Shown piece after piece: positions 35,869-45,597 of a stretch of DNA of 64,000 bases. Where the stretch lies: the NCBI GenBank assembly GCA_965217775.1, contig CBDCJH010000002.1, positions 5,664,001-5,728,000 on the forward strand. Direction: 5' to 3'. The stretch is from Acidobacteriota bacterium (GTDB lineage: Bacteria > Acidobacteriota > UBA6911 > RPQK01 > JAJDTT01). The notes beneath the pieces are model-generated. The model was not told the origin of the DNA. It saw only the letters and a list, made by a program, of their open reading frames with translations, and made no database searches. The first letter of the stretch is position 1; every line of letters starts with the position of its first letter. The translations under genes were made by a program, and so were the position numbers.

Positions 35869-37149
35869 TCAGCTCTCGAACCAGTCCACCGGGATGATGG
35901 ACAGCTTCACGTCGCAGAAGAAAAAGGTGGGGTGCCCTTGGTACCACTCGTAGTAGAGGAGGTAGACGTTCTCACCGTAGATCCGGACCGCGTGGTAGGC
36001 CCAGCAGCGCCCCTCCACCTCCTCGATCGTCTTGGCGTACCGGAAGCTGGCCCCCTCGTCCTCGCTGACGGCGAAGGCCAGGGGCCGGCGTTCGGTCCAT
36101 TTCGCTTCCGCTCCCTTGGGATTGTTGTTGTAGATCATCGCCAGGCGCCCTGAGGGCAGGCGCAGGAAGGTCTGGGGCGAGGTGGGGGCGACAATCTCCC
36201 GAATCGGCTCCGGATTGCTCCAGGACACTCCCGAATCGCTCGAGAAACACTTGTAGGGATGGTTGAGCTTGGTCCGGTTCACCATCAGGATCCGGCCATC
36301 CGTCAGCTCCACCAGTCCCGGTTCCTGAAGCGTGATCTGCCAGTACTCGTGGCCGGGATAGTCCTCGATCCGCAGGGTGCAGGACTCTCCCCGGGTCCAG
36401 GTCTTCCCCCCGTCGTCCGAGTAGTGCGCCAGGGCCGACTGCTTCTCCCAGCCCAGTTCCTTCCCCGGGTCCAGGGCGACGGCCGAGGGGACCAGGATCC
36501 GGCCCGTCGAGAGCTGTAGGGCCCGGGCATTGTTGGTGACGTAATAATGGTCCCGGTCCGTGAGCCGAACCGGCTTGGAGAAGGTGACACCGTCCCGGGA
36601 AACCCGGGTGTGGATGCTGCTGCGGATCTTCCGGTGGAAGGCCTTGTTCTCCGGCTCCGTCTCCTCTTTGCCCATGTAGAACAGATGGATCTCTCCGGAG
36701 CCGGAGAGGCGCATAAGGCTGGCGCTCATGAGGTTCGAGTTGGCCGTGTGCTCCGGCTCGGAGAGGGAGGCCACCGGGTGAATCGGTCCCCAACTATGGC
36801 CCATATCTTCCGAGTAGCGGCCCACGATTTGGGACTCGGCATGGTCGCTGGCGCCTGAGAAACGGGACCAGACCGCTAGCAGGCGTCCGTCGGGGAGTTG
36901 GACCAGATCCCCTTCCGAATGACGCGGGAAGATCTCGTTGGACCGGCCCAGAATGAGTTCCAGGCCGGGGGCTCCGGACTCCCGTTCCCGCACCCGGATT
37001 CGGTCGGAACCGGACTCCCCCGGGCCCCCTCCCCGGGTGCAGGAGAGCAGCGGCGAGAGGGCGGCGAGAGCGGCTCCTCCGCCCAGATTGGCCAGTGCAC
37101 GCCGGCGGGAAAGTCTCAGCGGCGACGGCGAAGCGGTCGTCGGAGTCAC
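35869..37149 (-). CDS. Tat-exported BNR/Asp-box beta-propeller (sialidase-like) protein, possibly a lipoprotein
   Basis: SRRRAL Tat motif and LLSC; Asp boxes SEDMGHSW, SRDGVTF, SDDGGKTW, SSDSGVSW, SEDEGASF; start placed at the GTG after the upstream stop. Confidence 0.8.
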   Translation of the reverse strand: MTPTTASPSPLRLSRRRALANLGGGAALAALSPLLSCTRGGGPGESGSDRIRVRERESGAPGLELILGRSNEIFPRHSEGDLVQLPDGRLLAVWSRFSGASDHAESQIVGRYSEDMGHSWGPIHPVASLSEPEHTANSNLMSASLMRLSGSGEIHLFYMGKEETEPENKAFHRKIRSSIHTRVSRDGVTFSKPVRLTDRDHYYVTNNARALQLSTGRILVPSAVALDPGKELGWEKQSALAHYSDDGGKTWTRGESCTLRIEDYPGHEYWQITLQEPGLVELTDGRILMVNRTKLNHPYKCFSSDSGVSWSNPEPIREIVAPTSPQTFLRLPSGRLAMIYNNNPKGAEAKWTERRPLAFAVSEDEGASFRYAKTIEEVEGRCWAYHAVRIYGENVYLLYYEWYQGHPTFFFCDVKLSIIPVDWFES

Positions 37150-37157
37150 CGGGCGGA

Positions 37158-40100
37158 TCAGCGAGCGCCCCGTTCGTTGGAGAGGGTCCGGTAGTATTCC
37201 TCGACGCGTTCGCGGAACACCGGTGGAACCTCCTCTTCCTGGAACAGCCATACGAGATTCTCCTCTTCCCGGTCCAGGGCCCGGTTGATCTCCAGCTCCA
37301 GTTGTTGGAAGCCATGGACGATCTTGGACTTGAGCCGCGCGATCTCCTCCGGGTCGGAGAAAATCCGCTCCAGAGCCAGCTCGCGCATCTCCTGGGACAA
37401 GGCCGCAGCGTCCCTCCCCAGGGAGTGCTCCCCCCGGAGCAGGCGGGATATGGATTCGGCTTCCTGTAGCCGCTCCTGCCATTCCCGCCTCAGTTGGCGC
37501 GGGTCGATGCCGGAGAGATTGGCGCGGCTGCCGGCCTGCCGCGAGTCCCCCGGTTGACCCTGGGGCCGGGACCCTCGATCTCCTTCACCCTGGGATCCTT
37601 CGTTGCCGGTCATCTCCCCGGAGCCCTCTCCGGAACCCTCCTGTCCCTCCTCGGAACCCTCCTTCCCGTCCGTTCCGCCCTGCGAGAGGCGGCGGCGCAG
37701 CGAATCAAGTCCCTCCACCAGCTCGGCGATCTCTTCCCCGGCCTGCTTGAGACCGTCCTTGGCGCCGGGCGGCCCCTTCTGCCCCAGGGCCTGTGCCGCC
37801 TCGTCGATGTTCTCCACCAGTTCCTGCAGCCCCTGGGTCACCCCGTCCTCACGGTCCTGAGCCAGGTCGACCCAGCCTCGGGACAGCAACTCGGAGCCCT
37901 CCTGCATCTTCTCGGAGAGGCGGTCGTCCCGGATCTTGTTACCGGCCTGCTTCAACCGGCGGGACGCCTGGGGTTCCTGCGATGCCGTCCGCTTCGCGGT
38001 CTGGTGAAGTTCCCCTTCCACCCGGGAAAGTTCCTGTTGGAGCTCACCCTTCTCGCGGAGCAGGTTTCGGATCTGGCGGATGGTCTCCCGGTCCACCTTT
38101 CCCTGATTCAGCCGTTTTCCGACTCCGTCCATCCCCTCGAGCGTCTGTTCCTGCCGGTGCAACATGCGGCGGGAATCCTGGGACAACTGCCGGATTCGTT
38201 CCGAGATCTGCTCCTGCTGAGTCTTCTCCAGCGCCTCCTGGGCTTCCTTCAATCGCTCCAGGGCGCGTTCGGCCAGCATGCGCTGCCGTTCCCCGGTCTG
38301 GCCGTTGCCGCCCTGCCCCAGGTCGCGAGCCGCCTCCCGCAGCCGGTTGCTGATCCTGGACAGCTCTTGCTGTTGCTCCTGCCTGGAGAGCCGTTCCAGT
38401 TGGCGGGTCAATCGCTCGATCTCCTCCCGAAGCTGCTGAGCAGTGAGCCGGTCGGCGCCGGACCCGCGGCCGGCCATGCGCCGCGACCGCTCCACCGCCT
38501 GTTCCTGGCGCCGCGCCAGTTCCTTCAACTTCTCCAGGGCGTCGTCCAGTTGCTGCTCCTGGCGGAACTGCTGGTTCTGGCGAATGGTTTCGTACTGGTT
38601 CTTGGTCCGGTCCAGTTCCAGGTCCACCAGGTCGGCCAGTTCCTCCGAGGTGGCGCCGCCGGCGCCCTGGCCCTCGCCGAAGGAGACCTGAATCTCCTTG
38701 AACAGGGATTCGGCGCTGAGCAACTGGCGGAACGCCTTCTGCTCGTGGGGCAGGGCCTGCTCCGGCTCCACCTGGTTGAGCCGCTCGTGGGCCGGCTCCA
38801 TGTGGGTCATGGCCTCGCTCAGCCGTTCCCTCATCTTGCGGAATCGCTCGTCGGACGCGGCCGCCTGGCGGCGCTCGAGCCGGTCGGTGATCACCTGGAC
38901 CTCTTCCCGGAGGCGCTGCTGCACCAGGGCCGCCGTCTGGCTCTGTTCCTTGAGTTCCTCGGCCGGCGTCGAGGCCCGGTCCTTCTGCAGCTTGAAGGTG
39001 GCGATGATGATCTGCTTCTGGCGCTTGGACAGCTCCAACTCCTGGGAGCCACCACCGGGAAGGCCGATGCCGCCGGTCTGGGACTGATAGTACTCCCGGT
39101 CGTACGGCTGGACCTCCAGGAAGAAGATGTCGGTATCCGAATGGGAGACGGCGTCCGAGGCGCGGGCGTGATAGGAAACGAAGTCTCCCGGCACCAGGTC
39201 GTGCTCCTCCAGGAAGAAGGTGTGGCCGACGGTGAAGGAGCCGGCCCCCGCCACGGGCGTCAACTCGACGGCCTGTTCCGCGTCGCCGTTGACCGAGTAG
39301 CGGAGGGACAGGCTCCGAATCCCGTGATCGTCTCCGGCCTGGAGCTCCATGAAGATCTCTTCGATGTTGCTCACCCGCCGGTCGCGTCCGGGCTGCTTGA
39401 AAACGATCCGGGGGGGCTGGTCCTCCACCGCCAGGATCACGTACTCGTTGGTCCCGGGGTTCCACACCTCCTCCTGGTTCTGGAGATGGATGCGGTAGTA
39501 GTCGCTGCGGCGGATCTCGAAGGAACCCCGGTAGCCCCCGGTGCCGTCCGCCTCCAGCCCGATGGAGCCGCCCTCCTCCAGCTTCAGGAGCGCTCCCCGA
39601 ATGGGTTGGTCGCTCTCGATGCGAAAATAGGCGGTCGTCCCCACCAGGGCCTCGATGTCTCCCTCGTCCTTCTGCACGGCCGGGTCGAGACGGGTGTACC
39701 GCGGAAAGACCAGGCGGAGCTCGAGGGAACTGACCCGGGGAATCTCCGAGACCTCAAGCCTGTAGGTCTCGGACCGGATTCCGTCCGCCTCCACGTAGTA
39801 GTCCATGGGATCGCGGACGTCGAAGAAGAGGAAGACGAACCCTCCCGACTCCGGGTCGGGCCGCATCCGGACCTCCTCCCAAGAGGGATCTTCCCCATAC
39901 CGGACGAGAAGGCTCACCCGCCGGCTTTCGAAACCGCCCGGCACGGCCCGGATTTCCACGTCCGCGTGCTTGGCGACGGTGGTGCTGCCGGGTGTGACCT
40001 GAATCGAGTAGAGGGGAAGCGTGCCGTCGGCGGTCCAGCCCCGGAAGAGGCGGTCCAGGCTGTAGCGATAGGCTTCGGGTCCCCCGAAGAAGAGGTAGGC

Positions 40101-40562
40101 GAAGAAGAGCACCGAGACGGCGCCCGTCAGCAGGGAGAGGAGGCTGCCTCGGGGATCGTAGAAGCGAGGCTGCGAGACGCGGAACAGCTTCCGCCTCACG
40201 TCCCGCTCCAACAGGCGGCTCAGCTCGGGATCGGCCGGCGCCTGCCCCTCCCGGATCTCGACGACGGTGGAGAGGCCTTGCTCCAGTTGAGGATTCCGTT
40301 CCTCCACGAAGCGGGCCAGACGGCCGGGGGAATAGCGGCGCCGCAGCAACGGGGCCAGTAGTCCGCCTGCCAGCAGGAGAACCAGAAGCGCTCCACCCAG
40401 CAGCCGGGCCCAGAACAGGGCCGGCTCGGAGAAATTGTTCCGGGCCAGGACGTAGCTGAAGAGGATCGAAGCCAGGATGGTGGCCAGGAACACGACGGCG
40501 AGGCCTCTGAGCAGCCGCTCCCCCAGGAGCTTCCGCCTCACCGTTGCGATGATTTCCAGCAT
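37158..40562 (-). CDS. Large membrane-anchored Ig-like + coiled-coil protein (DUF4175-like)
   Basis: Three N-terminal TM helices; DQPPRIVF..PGRD; AGDDHGI; long Q/E-rich coiled coil; VPPVFRERVEEYYRTL end. Confidence 0.75.
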   Translation of the reverse strand: MLEIIATVRRKLLGERLLRGLAVVFLATILASILFSYVLARNNFSEPALFWARLLGGALLVLLLAGGLLAPLLRRRYSPGRLARFVEERNPQLEQGLSTVVEIREGQAPADPELSRLLERDVRRKLFRVSQPRFYDPRGSLLSLLTGAVSVLFFAYLFFGGPEAYRYSLDRLFRGWTADGTLPLYSIQVTPGSTTVAKHADVEIRAVPGGFESRRVSLLVRYGEDPSWEEVRMRPDPESGGFVFLFFDVRDPMDYYVEADGIRSETYRLEVSEIPRVSSLELRLVFPRYTRLDPAVQKDEGDIEALVGTTAYFRIESDQPIRGALLKLEEGGSIGLEADGTGGYRGSFEIRRSDYYRIHLQNQEEVWNPGTNEYVILAVEDQPPRIVFKQPGRDRRVSNIEEIFMELQAGDDHGIRSLSLRYSVNGDAEQAVELTPVAGAGSFTVGHTFFLEEHDLVPGDFVSYHARASDAVSHSDTDIFFLEVQPYDREYYQSQTGGIGLPGGGSQELELSKRQKQIIIATFKLQKDRASTPAEELKEQSQTAALVQQRLREEVQVITDRLERRQAAASDERFRKMRERLSEAMTHMEPAHERLNQVEPEQALPHEQKAFRQLLSAESLFKEIQVSFGEGQGAGGATSEELADLVDLELDRTKNQYETIRQNQQFRQEQQLDDALEKLKELARRQEQAVERSRRMAGRGSGADRLTAQQLREEIERLTRQLERLSRQEQQQELSRISNRLREAARDLGQGGNGQTGERQRMLAERALERLKEAQEALEKTQQEQISERIRQLSQDSRRMLHRQEQTLEGMDGVGKRLNQGKVDRETIRQIRNLLREKGELQQELSRVEGELHQTAKRTASQEPQASRRLKQAGNKIRDDRLSEKMQEGSELLSRGWVDLAQDREDGVTQGLQELVENIDEAAQALGQKGPPGAKDGLKQAGEEIAELVEGLDSLRRRLSQGGTDGKEGSEEGQEGSGEGSGEMTGNEGSQGEGDRGSRPQGQPGDSRQAGSRANLSGIDPRQLRREWQERLQEAESISRLLRGEHSLGRDAAALSQEMRELALERIFSDPEEIARLKSKIVHGFQQLELEINRALDREEENLVWLFQEEEVPPVFRERVEEYYRTLSNERGAR

Positions 40563-40756
40563 GATTGGACTCTGGTCCGCTTGGGGCGGAACCTTCACCG
40601 CCCGTGGTAAAAGTCGCCACGGCATTCGACCGTCCCTGCATCCCGGCGGACTGCGTTGCGACTCGGTCACATACTCCCGGTATGCTCCCTCATCGCGCCT
40701 TGTCCGGCGGGTGCAGGACCGGTCTCGGTGCTCGCGAGACTTTCACCACGGACTGT

Positions 40757-42784
40757 TCACCGCGGCCCGGTGCGTCCGGCGACCACCGACTCCACCGCCA
40801 GAACCGCCACGGCGGCCAGCAGGAACAGCCACCAGAGAGGCTCTCTCGTGTCTGCCGCAGAGGCGTTCACGGAAACGCCGTCGCCGGCGGCCTGAGTTCC
40901 CGCCTGGAATCGGTCCAGCAGCTCGGCCACGGGCAGAGGCTGGATATCGGACTCGCTCGGATCGGGGTTGACCGCCACCCAGTCCGTCTTCTTGTCCCTT
41001 CTTATTTCATAGTGGCCCGGGAACTGCAAATCTATGGCGGCGGGCACGGAATGGTCCAGATCCACCACTCTCCGGCCCCTGGGATCCAGCACGTTCCACC
41101 GTGCGCTGCTCCCGGCTCCGGCCGCCGCCGGTTCCTCCTGGAACGCCAGCGATTGGTCGACTCGAAGGGCCGCTTCCGGTTGCCGGACCCCGCCCAGGTG
41201 CCGGACCAGGCTCTGCCAGAAGGGCAGGAACGCCGGACGCAGCGGAAAGTCGGACCAGACGCGGTCCAGGGGATAGGCGAGGACCAGGACTCTGCCGGCG
41301 CCGGCTTGTCCTTCCACCAGCGCCGGATCACCTTCGTCGAAGCGCCCGAGCACGCGGGAATCCTCCCTCGGCTCGAGTCTCCAATAACCGTAGAAACGGA
41401 CCGACGCCAGGGCCGTCCGTTGGAGGTCCTGGAAAATGGAGAAGGCGGGATGGCTCCAGTCCATCTGGGTGACGGAGGTGAAGGATCGTCCTCGGCCCCG
41501 GAGGAACCGGGGCTCGGCCAACCGGGCGGGGAAGATCCCGGTGCGATTGTACGCCCTGCCGTCGACCCGCTTGCCCGGGGCCAGGATGAGACCTCCTCCC
41601 GCTTCCAGGTAGCGGCTCAGCCGGTCGGAGCGGGGAGGTGTCCTCAGGTCATCCAGAATGACGACGGGGACCAGTTCCGGATCCAGTTCCCCGGTGTCGC
41701 GCGGGTCCGCGAATTCGGTCGCAAAGGGCAGGTTGCGGCCCGCCTTCAGGGCATTCCTCAGATAGACGGAGCCGGCCCCCTGATCCGAGAGGACCCGGAT
41801 TCGCCCGGGGGAGGTCCGCTCCACCACAAAGTGGAAGACGTTGTCCGCTTCCATGGCATCCTCGACGGCCAGCACCAGCCGCCCGCGAAAGATGCCCTCC
41901 TTGAGCTCGAAGGGTCGGAGAGTGACGGGCGCCGACCCCTCCTGGCCCATCTCGAAGGTCTGGCGATCCAGCATCCGGCCTTCGACGAAGAGTTGAAGCT
42001 CTCCGCGGGCGGGCCCCGGAGGCGCCGATCGAAGCTGAACCCGGACCGGCTGGGGATACCGCTCGGAGTAGACGAGCCGTTGCAGATTCGCTTCCTGGAT
42101 GAAGACGTTGGTGGAGGGTTCTCCCACGTCCTCTACCTCCAGGTGCACGTCGCCGTCCAGCGACCACTCCCGGTCCCGGGGCATGGCCGTCCGTTGCAGA
42201 TCGGTGATCAGGTAGATCTCCCGGCGTCCCGGCACCTCCTGGTCGAACTGTTGGGCCGCCGCCCGCAGTCCCTCCAGATACGAGGTGCTCTCGAAGGAGG
42301 GCTCCGCCCGGCTCTCCAGGATCCGGAGCAGCCTTCCGGAGCGGGATTCCCATGCCGAGAGGATGGCCGGTTTGGCCGCGAACAGAATCAGGCAGGCCTG
42401 GTCCGTCCCCTGCATCGACCGGAGTTTGGCGCGGGCCTTCTCCAGGGCTGGCTCCCAGACCCCGGGCCGGGCCATGCTCATGGAGTTGTCCAACAGCACC
42501 ACCATGGACCGGGAGACCTGCCCGCTGACGGCTCCGAACCACGCCAGATGGGTCACGGGCGAGGCGAAGGCCGCCACCAGCAGGAGCAGGCCGAGACAGC
42601 GCAGGAAGAGGAGCAGGAGGTAGCGCAGCTTGCGGCGCCGGTATTCCTGGATGGGAACCCGGCGCAGAAACATGAGCGAAGGGAAGAGCATGCGGTTTCT
42701 CTGGTCCCGGCGGACCAGATGCAGCAGGATGGGGCCGGCTATTGCCAGGGCGCCGAGCCAGAACAGGGGGGTCAGGAATTGCAT
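40757..42784 (-). CDS. BatA-domain / vWA membrane protein
   Basis: MQFLTP...PILLHL...FPSLMFL; LDNSMSM MIDAS; LITDLQ; C-terminal PLWWLFL TM. Confidence 0.88.
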   Translation of the reverse strand: MQFLTPLFWLGALAIAGPILLHLVRRDQRNRMLFPSLMFLRRVPIQEYRRRKLRYLLLLFLRCLGLLLLVAAFASPVTHLAWFGAVSGQVSRSMVVLLDNSMSMARPGVWEPALEKARAKLRSMQGTDQACLILFAAKPAILSAWESRSGRLLRILESRAEPSFESTSYLEGLRAAAQQFDQEVPGRREIYLITDLQRTAMPRDREWSLDGDVHLEVEDVGEPSTNVFIQEANLQRLVYSERYPQPVRVQLRSAPPGPARGELQLFVEGRMLDRQTFEMGQEGSAPVTLRPFELKEGIFRGRLVLAVEDAMEADNVFHFVVERTSPGRIRVLSDQGAGSVYLRNALKAGRNLPFATEFADPRDTGELDPELVPVVILDDLRTPPRSDRLSRYLEAGGGLILAPGKRVDGRAYNRTGIFPARLAEPRFLRGRGRSFTSVTQMDWSHPAFSIFQDLQRTALASVRFYGYWRLEPREDSRVLGRFDEGDPALVEGQAGAGRVLVLAYPLDRVWSDFPLRPAFLPFWQSLVRHLGGVRQPEAALRVDQSLAFQEEPAAAGAGSSARWNVLDPRGRRVVDLDHSVPAAIDLQFPGHYEIRRDKKTDWVAVNPDPSESDIQPLPVAELLDRFQAGTQAAGDGVSVNASAADTREPLWWLFLLAAVAVLAVESVVAGRTGPR

Positions 42785-42891
42785 GGTCCTCCGCGCTCAC
42801 AAACTTCCCCGCCGGCCGGGGTTTTTCCGAGCGTAAACCTCTCGCCCGTCTCCACTCTATTCCTCTTTCCTCTTTTCTCTTTTCTCAGCCG

Positions 42892-43779
42892 TCAATATTT
42901 CCTCCGGCGAGCGACCAGGTAGGAGCGCAGCGCCCGATCCAGCGGCTCCCGGGTATTCAGCAACTGGTAGTCGATGAAGATGTCGCGGCACTCGCGCCGA
43001 AGCTCCCGGATATGGTTCTCCAACAGGTCCAGATAGGCCCGCCGCGAGTCGCCGGGAACGTAGGGGAGGTGTTCCCCCGTCTCCAGGTCTTCGAGGGTTC
43101 TCACGGCCTCCAGCGGCAGTTCCAGCTCGACCGGGTCCAGCACATGGAAAAGAACCACGTCGTTGCCCCGGTGGTGCAGGTAGTGGAGCGCCCGGGAGAG
43201 GGAGTCGACGTCCTGATAGAAGTCGCTGATCAGCACCACCATGCTCCGTTTGCGGATGAAGCGGGAGACCTGGCCCAGCGATTCGGTGATCTGGCTCCGT
43301 CCACCCGGTTGGAGCCGCTCCAAGAGGTGGAGAAGGGAAAGGAAATGCCGGTACTGGGCTCGAGGCGGCACCGCCTCCAGGACCTCCGAATCGAAGACGG
43401 CCAACCCGGTGGCGTCGTTCTGGCGGACGGCAAGATAGGCCAGCGAAGCCGCCAGGAAACGGGCGTAGTCCAACTTGGACAGACCGCTACCGGCGAATGA
43501 CATGCTTCGGCTGCTGTCCAGAATGATGTGCAATTGGGTGTTGGTGTCTCCTTCGTACTTCTTCACGTAGAAGCGGTCGGTCCTCCCGTAGACTTTCCAG
43601 TCCACCGTCCGGATGTCGTCTCCCGGCGCATACTGCCGGTACTCGGCGAAATCGAGACTGAACCCGTGGTAGGGAGAACGGTGCATCCCCAGGATGAACC
43701 CTTCCACCACGGTCTTGGCCACGAGCTGCAGATTGCCAAGTTTGGCCAGCAGGGTCGGATCGATGAATCTGGCTTGCAT
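42892..43779 (-). CDS. DUF58 family protein
   Basis: GMHRSPYHGFSLDFAEYRQYAPGDDIRTVDWK; LDSSRSM; LISDF. Confidence 0.93.
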   Translation of the reverse strand: MQARFIDPTLLAKLGNLQLVAKTVVEGFILGMHRSPYHGFSLDFAEYRQYAPGDDIRTVDWKVYGRTDRFYVKKYEGDTNTQLHIILDSSRSMSFAGSGLSKLDYARFLAASLAYLAVRQNDATGLAVFDSEVLEAVPPRAQYRHFLSLLHLLERLQPGGRSQITESLGQVSRFIRKRSMVVLISDFYQDVDSLSRALHYLHHRGNDVVLFHVLDPVELELPLEAVRTLEDLETGEHLPYVPGDSRRAYLDLLENHIRELRRECRDIFIDYQLLNTREPLDRALRSYLVARRRKY

Positions 43780-43806
43780 CGCTTCCTGGTTGAATTCCTC
43801 AGCGGA

Positions 43807-44832
43807 TCATAGTCCGGAGCTGGGAGGAGGAACCCCCTCCAGGAGGCGCTGGACGATCTGGTCGGGGGTCACGTTTTCCGACTCGGCATGGAAGTTGATC
43901 AGGATCCGGTGGCGGAAGACCGAGAGGGCCAGCTCCCGGACGTCCTCGTAGGAGACGTGATAGCGGCCCTTCATCAGGGCTCGGGCCCTCCCTCCCAGAA
44001 TCAGATACTGGGAAGCCCGGAGGCTGGCGCCGTAGCTGACCCAGTTGCGAACGAAGTCGGGGGCCAGTTCGTCCCCGGGACGAGTGCTGCGGACCAGGCG
44101 GACCGCGTAGCGGCTGACCGACTCCGAGGCCGGAACCTTGCGCACCAGCCGCTGGAAGCGAAGGATTTCCTCCCCCGTGACGGCCTGCCGGACCTCCTCC
44201 TCTCCCTCCCCGGTGGTCTGGAGAACCACCTGGATCTCTTCTTCCTCATTCAGATAGCCGATGTGGATGTTGAACATGAAGCGGTCCAACTGGGCCTCCG
44301 GAAGCGGGTACGTCCCCTCCAGCTCGATGGGGTTCTGGGTGGCCAGCACGAAGAACGGCAGATCCAGTTCGTGGGTGATGCCCCGGATCGTGACCCTTCG
44401 TTCCTGCATGGCCTCCAACAGGGCCGCCTGGGTCTTGGGAGGCGTCCGGTTGATCTCGTCGGCCAGGAGAAGATTGGTGAAGACCGGACCCGGAACGAAC
44501 TCCAGCACCCGCTTCCCGGTGGCGCGGTCCTCCTCGATGATCTCGGTTCCGGTGATGTCCGAAGGCATGAGATCGGGCGTGAACTGAATGCGGCTGAAGG
44601 AGAGGCCCAGGGTCTTGGCGATGCTGCGCACCAGCAGGGTCTTGGCCAGGCCGGGCAGGCCGGTGATGAGGGAGTGGCCTCCCACGTAGAGGGAGATGAG
44701 CACCTCCTCGATCACCTTCTCCTGTCCCACGATGGCCTTGCGCAGCTCCGTCAGGATGCGGGCCTGCGAGTCCCTCATGGAATCGATCAGCTCGGCGGTG
44801 GAAACCTCCGATGGGCGGTCCTTTTCGTTCAT
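43807..44832 (-). CDS. moxR: MoxR-family AAA+ ATPase
   Basis: GLPGLAKT; RIQFTPDLMPSDITG; LADEINRTPPKTQAALLEAMQE; TQNPIELEGTYPLPEAQLDRF. Confidence 0.95.
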   Translation of the reverse strand: MNEKDRPSEVSTAELIDSMRDSQARILTELRKAIVGQEKVIEEVLISLYVGGHSLITGLPGLAKTLLVRSIAKTLGLSFSRIQFTPDLMPSDITGTEIIEEDRATGKRVLEFVPGPVFTNLLLADEINRTPPKTQAALLEAMQERRVTIRGITHELDLPFFVLATQNPIELEGTYPLPEAQLDRFMFNIHIGYLNEEEEIQVVLQTTGEGEEEVRQAVTGEEILRFQRLVRKVPASESVSRYAVRLVRSTRPGDELAPDFVRNWVSYGASLRASQYLILGGRARALMKGRYHVSYEDVRELALSVFRHRILINFHAESENVTPDQIVQRLLEGVPPPSSGL

Positions 44833-44856
44833 GGTCGGTCCTCTGCCGTCCCGCGC

Positions 44857-45597
44857 TCAGTGCGTGAGGGCGTATACGAAATAGTTGATTCCGAATCTGT
44901 AGGCCTCGTTCGAAGCGCTGATGGGGACCAGCGACTCGTCGGACCACTCCCAGTAGTCTCCGATGTCGTTGTTGAAATTGGCTACGGCCAGAAGCCGCCC
45001 GTCCTCGTCCGACAGGCCGTAGAAACCAGGCTTACCCGGGACGTTGTAGGGCGGCAGCATGTCCAGGCTGTCGATGTCGTAGAAACAGTGAAACACCGGA
45101 TGATCCGTCGTCAGCTCCTCGAAGCCGCGCTCCGGGTACACCTGCTGCATGCAGGACGTGAAATTGTGCCAGTCCCCGGCGCCGCGAAAGTCGTCGAAGA
45201 TGACGAAGCCTCCGCGCAGCAGGTATTCGCGGAGATTGGCCACCTCCTCGCCGGTGATGTTCCAGTAGCCCGGCTCGCTCACGTACAGGGCCGGGTAGTT
45301 CATGATGCGCGGGTCGTTCAGGTCCAGCACCAGGTAGGATTCGGGCGTGGTCTCGATTCCCGTCAACTCCATGAAGATCTTCAGGAAGTTCTGCTCGGCC
45401 CGCGGGTAATCGTGCATCCAGGGGGGGACCCATCGTCCTCGCCCTCCGCCCCAACTCGAGACGAATCCGTTGTAGCGGATCCGCACGAACTGAAAGAGGG
45501 TGGAGTCGTTGGGCTCGGGATCCGCGGACACCTCCGGTCCATAGCTCAGGAGCAGCGGCGCGGCCAGCAGCAGAACCCAGGGCAGGTGTCGCTTCAT
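44857..45597 (-). CDS. DUF4159 domain secreted protein
   Basis: Signal peptide from MKRHLPW; DYPRAEQN; LREYLLRGGFVIFDDF; NNDIGDYWE; GINYFVYALTH. Confidence 0.88.
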   Translation of the reverse strand: MKRHLPWVLLLAAPLLLSYGPEVSADPEPNDSTLFQFVRIRYNGFVSSWGGGRGRWVPPWMHDYPRAEQNFLKIFMELTGIETTPESYLVLDLNDPRIMNYPALYVSEPGYWNITGEEVANLREYLLRGGFVIFDDFRGAGDWHNFTSCMQQVYPERGFEELTTDHPVFHCFYDIDSLDMLPPYNVPGKPGFYGLSDEDGRLLAVANFNNDIGDYWEWSDESLVPISASNEAYRFGINYFVYALTH